A stretch of 64,000 nt of DNA, taken from NCBI GenBank assembly GCA_964276515.1, contig OZ193909.1, positions 9,858,001 to 9,922,000 of the forward strand, read 5' to 3'. This document shows, piece after piece, positions 40,133 to 52,300 of this stretch. How positions within the stretch are numbered: the stretch's first letter is position 1; every line of letters starts with the position of its first letter. The stretch comes from Gordius albopunctatus (lineage: Eukaryota). Position numbers and translations under genes: made by a program. Below the pieces are notes generated by a model. It was given only the letters and a program-made list of their open reading frames with translations. It was not told where the DNA came from and did not search any database.

Positions 40133-42399
40133 TAAACACAACACGAAAAGTTTACTTTCTGTCAATCTAAAACTTCCCCCCGTGCAAAAATTCTTCTCGG
40201 GATTCTAACAAGGACATAATGCTAAGAATATTTACAAACTTTTAAAGATTCTTTCAGCCCCCTTTTGATAGAATATGAAAAAAAATATTTTTTTCGACCT
40301 CAAAATGTTTCAATTTTTTTGTTCAACAATATAGCCGTCATGAAAGTTTTTATATCAGAGGTCAACTAGTGAAAAAATTTTTTGATCAGTCCTCAAAAGT
40401 TTTTAACTTTAAATCACGATCAAATAAGAGTTTGTTTCTCAAAAACTAGAGACACGCTTAGAAAGCGATTTTGAAACAATCTAAAAACGCAACACGAAAA
40501 GTTTAGTTTCTCTCAATCTAAAACCTCCCTTCGTGCAAAAATTATCATACGGATTCTAACAAGGACATAATGCTAAGAATATTTACAAACTTTTAAAGAT
40601 TCTTTCAGCCCCCTTTTGATAGAATATGAAAAAAAATATTTTTTTCGACCTAAAAATTTTTTCAATTTTTTTGTTCAACAATAAAGCCGTCATGAAAGTT
40701 TTTGATATCAGAGGTCAATTAGTGAAAAAAATGTTTGATCAGTCCTCAAAAGTTTTTAACTTTAAATCACGATCAAATAAGAGTTTGTTTCTCAAAAACT
40801 AGAGACACGCTTAGAAAGCGATTTTGAAACAATCTAAACGCAACACGAAAAGTTTAGTTTCTCTCAATCTAAAACCTCCTTTCGTGCAAAAATTATCATA
40901 CGGATTCTAACAAGGACATAATGCTAAGAATATTTACTAACTTTTAAAGATTCTTTCAGCCCCCTTTCGAAAGAATATGAAAATAAATATTTTTTTCGAC
41001 CTCAGAATGTTTCAATTTTTTTGTTCAACAATATAGCCGTCATGAAAGTTTTTGATATCAGAGGTCAATTAGTGAAAAAATTTTTTGATCAGTCCTCAAA
41101 ATTTTTTAACTTTAAATCACGATCATAAGAGTTTGTTTCACAAAAACTAGAGACACGCTTAGAAAGCGATTTTGAAACAATCTAAACACAACACGAAAAG
41201 TTTACTTTCTGTCAATCTAAAACCTCCCCCCGTGCAAAAATTATCATACGGATTCTAACAAGGACATATTGCTAAGAATATTTACTAACTTTTAAAGATT
41301 CTTTCAGCCCCCTTTCGAAAGAATATGAAAATAAATATTTTTTTCGACCTCAAAATGTTTCAATTTTTTTGTTCAACAATATAGCCGTCATGAAAGTTTT
41401 TGATATCAGAGGTCAATTAGTGAAAAAAATTTTTGATCAGTCCTCAAAAGTTTTTAACTTTAAATCACGATCAAATAAGAGTTTGTTTCTCAAAAACTAG
41501 AGACACGCTTAGAAAGCGATTTTGAAACAATCTAAACGCAACACGAAAAGTTTAGTTTCTCTCAATCTAAAACCTCCTTTCGTGCAAAAATTATCATACG
41601 GATTCTAACAAGGACATAATGCTAAGAATATTTACTAACTTTTAAAGATTATTTCAGCCCCCTTTCGAAAGAATATGAAAATAAATATTTTTTTCGACCT
41701 CAGAATGTTTCAATTTTTTTGTTCAACAATATAGCCGTCATGAAAGTTTTTGATATCAGAGGTCAATTAGTGAAAAAAATTTTTGATCAGTCCTCAAAAT
41801 TTTTTAACTTTAAATCACGATCATAAGAGTTTGTTTCACAAAAACTAGAGACACGCTTAGAAAGCGATTTTGAAACAATCTAAAAACGCAACACGAAAAG
41901 TTTAGTTTCTCTCAATCTAAAACCTCCCTTCGTGCAAAAATTATCATACGGATTCTAACAAGGACATAATGCTAAGAATATTTACAAACTTTTAAAGATT
42001 CTTTCAGCCCCCTTTTGATAGAATATGAAAAAAAATATTTTTTTCGACCTAAAAATTTTTTCAATTTTTTTGTTCAACAATAAAGCCGTCATGAAAGTTT
42101 TTGATATCAGAGGTCAATTAGTGAAAAAAATGTTTGATCAGTCCTCAAAAGTTTTTAACTTTAAATCACGATCAAATAAGAGTTTGTTTCTCAAAAACTA
42201 GAGACACGCTTAGAAAGCGATTTTGAAACAATCTAAACGCAACACGAAAAGTTTAGTTTCTCTCAATCTAAAACCTCCTTTCGTGCAAAAATTATCATAC
42301 GGATTCTAACAAGGACATAATGCTAAGAATATTTACTAACTTTTAAAGATTATTTCAGCCCCCTTTCGAAAGAATATGAAAATAAATATTTTTTTCGAC

Positions 42400-45300
42400 C
42401 TCAGAATGTTTCAATTTTTTTGTTCAACAATAAAGCCGTCATGAAAGTTTTTGATATCAGAGGTCAATTAGTGAAAAAAATTTTTGATCAGTCCTCAAAA
42501 GTTTTTAACTTTAAATCACGATCAAATAAGAGTTTGTTTCTCAAAAACTAGAGACACGCTTAGAAAGCGATTTTGAAAAAATCTAAACGCAACACGAAAA
42601 GTTTACTTTCTGTCAATCTAAAACTTCCCCCCGTGCAAAAATTCTTCTCGGGATTCTAACAAGGACATAATGCTAAGAATATTTACTAACTTTTAAAGAT
42701 TCTTTCAGCTCCCTTTCGAAAGAATATCAAAATAAATATTTTTTTCGACCTCAGAATGTTTCAATTTTTTTGTTCAACAATATAGCCGTCATGAAAGTTT
42801 TTGATATCAGAGGTCAATTAGTGAAAAATTTTTTTGATCAGTCCTCAAAAGTTTTTAACTTTAAATCACGATCAAATAAGAGTTTGTTTCTCAAAAACTA
42901 GAGACACGCTTAGAAAGCGATTTTGAAACAATCTAAACGCAACACGAAAAGTTTAGTTTCTCTCAATCTAAAACCTCCTTTCGTGCAAAAATTCTTCTCG
43001 GGATTCTAACAAGGACATAATGCTAAGAATATTTACTAACTTTTAAAGATTCTTTCAGCCCCCTTTCGAAAGAATATGAAAATAAATATTTTTTTCGACC
43101 TCAGAATGTTTCAATTTTTTTGTTCAACAATATAGCCGTCATGAAAGTTTTTGATATCAGAGGTCAATTAGTGAAAAAATTTTTTGATCAGTCCTCAAAA
43201 TTTTTTAACTTTAAATCACGATCATAAGAGTTTGTTTCACAAAAACTAGAGACACGCTTAGAAAGCGATTTTGAAACAATCTAAACACAACACGAAAAGT
43301 TTACTTTCTGTCAATCTAAAACTTCCCCCCGTGCAAAAATTCTTCTCGGGATTCTAACAAGGACATAATGCTAAGAATATTTACAAACTTTTAAAGATTC
43401 TTTCAGCCCCCTTTTGATAGAATATGAAAAAAAATATTTTTTTCGACCTCAAAATGTTTCAATTTTTTTGTTCAACAATATAGCCGTCATGAAAGTTTTT
43501 ATATCAGAGGTCAACTAGTGAAAAAATTTTTTGATCAGTCCTCAAAAGTTTTTAAATTTAAATCACGATCAAATAAGAGTTTGTTTCTCAAAAACTAGAG
43601 ACACGCTTAGAAAGCGATTTTGAAACAATCTAAAAACGCAACACGAAAAGTTTAGTTTCTCTCAATCTAAAACCTCCCTTCGTGCAAAAATTATCATACG
43701 GATTCTAACAAGGACATAATGCTAAGAATATTTACAAACTTTTAAAGATTCTTTCAGCCCCCTTTTGATAGAATATGAAAAAAAATATTTTTTTCGACCT
43801 AAAAATTTTTTCAATTTTTTTGTTCAACAATAAAGCCGTCATGAAAGTTTTTGATATCAGAGGTCAATTAGTGAAAAAATTTTTTGATCAGTCCTCAAAA
43901 TTTTTTAACTTTAAATCACGATCATAAGAGTTTGTTTCACAAAAACTAGAGACACGCTTAGAAAGCGATTTTGAAACAATCTAAACACAACACGAAAAGT
44001 TTACTTTCTGTCAATCTAAAACCTCCCCCCGTGCAAAAATTATCATACGGATTCTAACAAGGACATATTGCTAAGAATATTTACTAACTTTTAAAGATTC
44101 TTTCAGCCCCCTTTCGAAAGAATATGAAAATAAATATTTTTTTCGACCTCAAAATGTTTCAATTTTTTTGTTCAACAATATAGCCGTCATGAAAGTTTTT
44201 GATATCAGAGGTCAATTAGTGAAAAAAATTTTTGATCAGTCCTCAAAAGTTTTTAACTTTAAATCACGATCAAATAAGAGTTTGTTTCTCAAAAACTAGA
44301 GACACGCTTAGAAAGCGATTTTGAAACAATCTAAACGAAACACGAAAAGTTTCGTTTCTCTCAATCTAAAACCTCCTTTCGTGCAAAAATTATCATACGG
44401 ATTCTAACAAAGACATAATGCTAAGAATATTTACTAACTTTTAAAGATTATTTCAGCCCCCTTTCGAAAGAATATGAAAATAAATATTTTTTTCGACCTC
44501 AGAATGTTTCAATTTTTTTGTTCAACAATATAGCCGTCATGAAAGTTTTTGATATCAGAGGTCAATTAGTGAAAAAATTTTTTGATCAGTCCTCAAAATT
44601 TTTTAACTTTAAATCACGATCATAAGAGTTTGTTTCACAAAAACTAGAGACACGCTTAGAAAGCGATTTTGAAACAATCTAAAAACGCAACACGAAAAGT
44701 TTAGTTTCTCTCAATCTAAAACCTCCCTTCGTGCAAAAATTATCATACGGATTCTAACAAGGACATAATGCTAAGAATATTTACAAACTTTTAAAGATTC
44801 TTTCAGCCCCCTTTTGATAGAATATGAAAAAAAATATTTTTTTCGACCTAAAAATTTTTTCAATTTTTTTGTTCAACAATAAAGCCGTCATGAAAGTTTT
44901 TGATATCAGAGGTCAATTAGTGAAAAAAATGTTTGATCAGTCCTCAAAAGTTTTTAACTTTAAATCACGATCAAATAAGAGTTTGTTTCTCAAAAACTAG
45001 AGACACGCTTAGAAAGCGATTTTGAAACAATCTAAACGCAACACGAAAAGTTTAGTTTCTCTCAATCTAAAACCTCCTTTCGTGCAAAAATTATCATACG
45101 GATTCTAACAAGGACATAATGCTAAGAATATTTACTAACTTTTAAAGATTATTTCAGCCCCCTTTCGAAAGAATATGAAAATAAATATTTTTTTCGACCT
45201 CAGAATGTTTCAATTTTTTTGTTCAACAATATAGCCGTCATGAAAGTTTTTGATATCAGAGGTCAATTAGTGAAAAAATTTTTTGATCAGTCCTCAAAAT

Positions 45301-48300
45301 TTTTTAACTTTAAATCACGATCATAAGAGTTTGTTTCACAAAAACTAGAGACACGCTTAGAAAGCGATTTTGAAACAATCTAAACACAACACGAAAAGTT
45401 TACTTTCTGTCAATCTAAAACTTCCCCCCGTGCAAAAATTCTTCTCGGGATTCTAACAAGGACATAATGCTAAGAATATTTACAAACTTTTAAAGATTCT
45501 TTCAGCCCCCTTTTGATAGAATATGAAAAAAAATATTTTTTTCGACCTCAAAATGTTTCAATTTTTTTGTTCAACAATATAGCCGTCATGAAAGTTTTTA
45601 TATCAGAGGTCAACTAGTAAAAAAATTTTTTGATCAGTCCTCAAAAGTTTTTAACTTTAAATCACGATCAAATAAGAGTTTGTTTCTCAAAAACTAGAGA
45701 CACGCTTAGAAAGCGATTTTGAAACAATCTAAACGCAACACGAAAAGTTTAGTTTCTCTCAATCTAAAACCTCCTTTCGTGCAAAAATTATCATACGGAT
45801 TCTAACAAGGACATAATGCTAAGAATATTTACTAACTTTTAAAGATTCTTTCAGCCCCCTTTCGAAAGAATATGAAAATAAATATTTTTTTCGACCTCAG
45901 AATGTTTCAATTTTTTTGTTCAACAATAAAGCCGTCATGAAAGTTTTTGATATCAGAGGTCAATTAGTGAAAAAAATTTTTGATCAGTCCTCAAAAGTTT
46001 TTAACTTTAAATCACGATCAAATAAGAGTTTGTTTCTCAAAAACTAGAGACACGCTTAGAAAGCGATTTTGAAAAAATCTAAACGCAACACGAAAAGTTT
46101 ACTTTCTGTCAATCTAAAACTTCCCCCCGTGCAAAAATTCTTCTCGGGATTCTAACAAGGACATAATGCTAAGAATATTTACTAACTTTTAAAGATTCTT
46201 TCAGCTCCCTTTCGAAAGAATATCAAAATAAATATTTTTTTCGACCTCAGAATGTTTCAATTTTTTTGTTCAACAATATAGCCGTCATGAAAGTTTTTGA
46301 TATCAGAGGTCAATTAGTGAAAAAATTTTTTGATCAGTCCTCAAAAGTTTTTAACTTTAAATCACGATCAAATAAGAGTTTGTTTCTCAAAAACTAGAGA
46401 CACGCTTAGAAAGCGATTTTGAAACAATCTAAACGCAACACGAAAAGTTTAGTTTCTCTCAATCTAAAACCTCCTTTCGTGCAAAAATTCTTCTCGGGAT
46501 TCTAACAAGGACATAATGCTAAGAATATTTACTAACTTTTAAAGATTCTTTCAGCCCCCTTTCGAAAGAATATGAAAATAAATATTTTTTTCGACCTCAG
46601 AATGTTTCAATTTTTTTGTTCAACAATATAGCCGTCATGAAAGTTTTTGATATCAGAGGTCAATTAGTGAAAAAATTTTTTGATCAGTCCTCAAAATTTT
46701 TTAACTTTAAATCACGATCATAAGAGTTTGTTTCACAAAAACTAGAGACACGCTTAGAAAGCGATTTTGAAACAATCTAAACACAACACGAAAAGTTTAC
46801 TTTCTGTCAATCTAAAACTTCCCCCCGGGCAAAAATTCTTCTCGGGATTCTAACAAGGACATAATGCTAAGAATATTTACAAACTTTTAAAGATTCTTTC
46901 AGCCCCCTTTTGATAGAATATGAAAAAAAATATTTTTTTCGACCTCAAAATGTTTCAATTTTTTTGTTCAACAATATAGCCGTCATGAAAGTTTTTATAT
47001 CAGAGGTCAACTAGTGAAAAAATTTTTTGATCAGTCCTCAAAAGTTTTTAACTTTAAATCACGATCAAATAAGAGTTTGTTTCTCAAAAATTAGAGACAC
47101 GCTTAGAAAGCGATTTTGAAACAATCTAAAAACACAACACGAAAAGTTTAGTTTCTCTCAATCTAAAACCTCCCTTCGTGCAAAAATTATCATACGGATT
47201 CTAACAAGGACATAATGCTAAGAATATTTACAAACTTTTAAAGATTCTTTCAGCCCCCTTTTGATAGAATATGAAAAAAAATATTTTTTTCGACCTAAAA
47301 ATTTTTTCAATTTTTTTGTTCAACAATAAAGCCGTCATGAAAGTTTTTGATATCAGAGGTCAATTAGTGAAAAAATTTTTTGATCAGTCCTCAAAATTTT
47401 TTAACTTTAAATCACGATCATAAGAGTTTGTTTCACAAAAACTAGAGACACGCTTAGAAAGCGATTTTGAAACAATCTAAACACAACACGAAAAGTTTAC
47501 TTTCTGTCAATCTAAAACCTCCCCCCGTGCAAAAATTATCATACGGATTCTAACAAGGACATATTGCTAAGAATATTTACTAACTTTTAAAGATTCTTTC
47601 AGCCCCCTTTCGAAAGAATATGAAAATAAATATTTTTTTCGACCTCAAAATGTTTCAATTTTTTTGTTCAACAATATAGCCGTCATGAAAGTTTTTGATA
47701 TCAGAGGTCAATTAGTGAAAAAAATTTTTGATCAGTCCTCAAAAGTTTTTAACTTTAAATCACGATCAAATAAGAGTTTGTTTCTCAAAAACTAGAGACA
47801 CGCTTAGAAAGCGATTTTGAAACAATCTAAACGCAACACGAAAAGTTTAGTTTCTCTCAATCTAAAACCTCCTTTCGTGCAAAAATTATCATACGGATTC
47901 TAACAAGGACATAATGCTAAGAATATTTACTAACTTTTAAAGATTATTTCAGCCCCCTTTCGAAAGAATATGAAAATAAATATTTTTTTCGACCTCAGAA
48001 TGTTTCAATTTTTTTGTTCAACAATATAGCCGTCATGAAAGTTTTTGATATCAGAGGTCAATTAGTGAAAAAATTTTTTGATCAGTCCTCAAAATTTTTT
48101 AACTTTAAATCACGATCATAAGAGTTTGTTTCACAAAAACTAGAGACACGCTTAGAAAGCGATTTTGAAACAATCTAAAAACGCAACACGAAAAGTTTAG
48201 TTTCTCTCAATCTAAAACCTCCCTTCGTGCAAAAATTATCATACGGATTCTAACAAGGACATAATGCTAAGAATATTTACAAACTTTTAAAGATTCTTTC

Positions 48301-49390
48301 AGCCCCCTTTTGATAGAATATGAAAAAAAATATTTTTTTCGACCTAAAAATTTTTTCAATTTTTTTGTTCAACAATAAAGCCGTCATGAAAGTTTTTGAT
48401 ATCAGAGGTCAATTAGTGAAAAAAATGTTTGATCAGTCCTCAAAAGTTTTTAACTTTAAATCACGATCAAATAAGAGTTTGTTTCTCAAAAACTAGAGAC
48501 ACGCTTAGAAAGCGATTTTGAAACAATCTAAACGCAACACGAAAAGTTTAGTTTCTCTCAATCTAAAACCTCCTTTCGTGCAAAAATTATCATACGGATT
48601 CTAACAAGGACATAATGCTAAGAATATTTACTAACTTTTAAAGATTATTTCAGCCCCCTTTCGAAAGAATATGAAAATAAATATTTTTTTCGACCTCAGA
48701 ATGTTTCAATTTTTTTGTTCAACAATATAGCCGTCATGAAAGTTTTTGATATCAGAGGTCAATTAGTGAAAAAATTTTTTGATCAGTCCTCAAAATTTTT
48801 TAACTTTAAATCACGATCATAAGAGTTTGTTTCACAAAAACTAGAGACACGCTTAGAAAGCGATTTTGAAACAATCTAAACACAACACGAAAAGTTTACT
48901 TTCTGTCAATCTAAAACTTCCCCCCGTGCAAAAATTCTTCTCGGGATTCTAACAAGGACATAATGCTAAGAATATTTACAAACTTTTAAAGATTCTTTCA
49001 GCCCCCTTTTGATAGAATATGAAAAAAAATATTTTTTTCGACCTCAAAATGTTTCAATTTTTTTGTTCAACAATATAGCCGTCATGAAAGTTTTTATATC
49101 AGAGGTCAACTAGTAAAAAAATTTTTTGATCAGTCCTCAAAAGTTTTTAACTTTAAATCACGATCAAATAAGAGTTTGTTTCTCAAAAACTAGAGACACG
49201 CTTAGAAAGCGATTTTGAAACAATCTAAACGCAACACGAAAAGTTTAGTTTCTCTCAATCTAAAACCTCCTTTCGTGCAAAAATTATCATACGGATTCTA
49301 ACAAGGACATAATGCTAAGAATATTTACTAACTTTTAAAGATTCTTTCAGCCCCCTTTCGAAAGAATATGAAAATAAATATTTTTTTCGA
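42400..49390 (-). repeat. 10-monomer tandem duplication, period 3496 bp
   Basis: Rare markers share the offset 3496: CAGCTCCC at 42706/46202, CATATTGC at 44064/47560 and CAACTAGTAA at 45611/49107. Boundaries are approximate. Confidence 0.85.
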
Positions 49391-52300
49391 CCTCAGAATA
49401 TTTCAATTTTTTTGTTCAACAATATAGCCGTCATGAAAGTTTTTGATATCAGAGGTCAATTAGTGAAAAAATTTTTTGATCAGTCCTCAAAATTTTTTAA
49501 CTTTAAATCACGATCATAAGAGTTTGTTTCACAAAAACTAGAGACACGCTTAGAAAGCGATTTTGAAACAATCTAAACACAACACGAAAAGTTTACTTTC
49601 TGTCAATCTAAAACTTCCCCCCGTGCAAAAATTCTTCTCGGGATTCTAACAAGGACATAATGCTAAGAATATTTACAAACTTTTAAAGATTCTTTCAGCC
49701 CCCTTTTGATAGAATATGAAAAAAAATATTTTTTTCGACCTCAAAATGTTTCAATTTTTTTGTTCAACAATATAGCCGTCATGAAAGTTTTTATATCAGA
49801 GGTCAACTAGTGAAAAAATTTTTTGATCAGTCCTCAAAAGTTTTTAACTTTAAATCACGATCAAATAAGAGTTTGTTTCTCAAAAACTAGAGACACGCTT
49901 AGAAAGCGATTTTGAAACAATCTAAAAACGCAACACGAAAAGTTTAGTTTCTCTCAATCTAAAACCTCCCTTCGTGCAAAAATTATCATACGGATTCTAA
50001 CAAGGACATAATGCTAAGAATATTTACAAACTTTTAAAGATTCTTTCAGCCCCCTTTTGATAGAATATGAAAAAAAATATTTTTTTCGACCTAAAAATTT
50101 TTTCAATTTTTTTGTTCAACAATAAAGCCGTCATGAAAGTTTTTGATATCAGAGGTCAATTAGTGAAAAAAATGTTTGATCAGTCCTCAAAAGTTTTTAA
50201 CTTTAAATCACGATCAAATAAGAGTTTGTTTCTCAAAAACTAGAGACACGCTTAGAAAGCGATTTTGAAAAAATCTAAACGCAACACGAAAAGTTTACTT
50301 TCTGTCAATCTAAAACTTCCCCCCGTGCAAAAATTCTTCTCGGGATTCTAACAAGGACATAATGCTAAGAATATTTACAAACTTTTAAAGATTCTTTCAG
50401 CCCCCTTTTGATAGAATATGAAAAAAAATATTTTTTTCGACCTCAAAATGTTTCAATTTTTTTGTTCAACAATATAGCCGTCATGAAAGTTTTTGATATC
50501 AGAGGTCAACTAGTAAAAAAATTTTTTGATCAGTCCTCAAAAGTTTTTAACTTTAAATCACGATCAAATAAGAGTTTGTTTCTCAAAAACTAGAGACACG
50601 CTTAGAAAGCGATTTTGAAACAATCTAAACGCAACACGAAAAGTTTAGTTTCTCTCAATCTAAAACCTCCTTTCGTGCAAAAATTATCATACGGATTCTA
50701 ACAAGGACATAATGCTAAGAATATTTACTAACTTTTAAAGATTCTTTCAGCCCCCTTTCGAAAGAATATGAAAATAAATATTTTTTTCGACCTCAGAATG
50801 TTTCAATTTTTTTGTTCAACAATAAAGCCGTCATGAAAGTTTTTGATATCAGAGGTCAATTAGTGAAAAAAATTTTTGATCAGTCCTCAAAAGTTTTTAA
50901 CTTTAAATCACGATCAAATAAGAGTTTGTTTCTCAAAAACTAGAGACACGCTTAGAAAGCGATTTTGAAAAAATCTAAACGGAACACGAAAAGTTTACTT
51001 TCTGTCAATCTAAAACTTCCCCCCGTGCAAAAATTCTTCTCGGGATTCTAACAAGGACATAATGCTAAGAATATTTACTAACTTTTAAAGATTCTTTCAG
51101 CTCCCTTTCGAAAGAATATCAAAATAAATATTTTTTTCGACCTCAGAATGTTTCAATTTTTTTGTTCAACAATATAGCCGTCATGAAAGTTTTTGATATC
51201 AGAGGTCAATTAGTGAAAAAATTTTTTGATCAGTCCTCAAAAGTTTTTAACTTTAAATCACGATCAAATAAGAGTTTGTTTCTCAAAAACTAGAGACACG
51301 CTTAGAAAGCGATTTTGAAACAATCTAAACGCAACACGAAAAGTTTAGTTTCTCTCAATCTAAAACCTCCTTTCGTGCAAAAATTCTTCTCGGGATTCTA
51401 ACAAGGACATAATGCTAAGAATATTTACTAACTTTTAAAGATTCTTTCAGCCCCCTTTCGAAAGAATATGAAAATAAATATTTTTTTCGACCTCAGAATG
51501 TTTCAATTTTTTTGTTCAACAATATAGCCGTCATGAAAGTTTTTGATATCAGAGGTCAATTAGTGAAAAAATTTTTTGATCAGTCCTCAAAATTTTTTAA
51601 CTTTAAATCACGATCATAAGAGTTTGTTTCACAAAAACTAGAGACACGCTTAGAAAGCGATTTTGAAACAATCTAAACACAACACGAAAAGTTTACTTTC
51701 TGTCAATCTAAAACTTCCCCCCGTGCAAAAATTCTTCTCGGGATTCTAACAAGGACATAATGCTAAGAATATTTACAAACTTTTAAAGATTCTTTCAGCC
51801 CCCTTTTGATAGAATATGAAAAAAAATATTTTTTTCGACCTCAAAATGTTTCAATTTTTTTGTTCAACAATATAGCCGTCATGAAAGTTTTTATATCAGA
51901 GGTCAACTAGTGAAAAAATTTTTTGATCAGTCCTCAAAAGTTTTTAACTTTAAATCACGATCAAATAAGAGTTTGTTTCTCAAAAACTAGAGACACGCTT
52001 AGAAAGCGATTTTGAAACAATCTAAACGCAACACGAAAAGTTTAGTTTCTCTCAATCTAAAACCTCCTTTCGTGCAAAAATTATCATACGGATTCTAACA
52101 AGGACATAATGCTAAGAATATTTACTAACTTTTAAAGATTCTTTCAGCCCCCTTTCGAAAGAATATGAAAATAAATATTTTTTTCGACCTCAGAATGTTT
52201 CAATTTTTTTGTTCAACAATAAAGCCGTCATGAAAGTTTTTGATATCAGAGGTCAATTAGTGAAAAAAATTTTTGATCAGTCCTCAAAAGTTTTTAACTT

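Noticed and set aside
39800..40165. ORFs containing long runs of X
   Set aside because: Artefacts of translating through the N gap.
42979..43003. CENP-B box-like TTCG...CGGG
   Set aside because: The spacing between TTCG and CGGG is 15 nt rather than the 7 nt of the canonical NTTCGNNNNANNCGGGN box.
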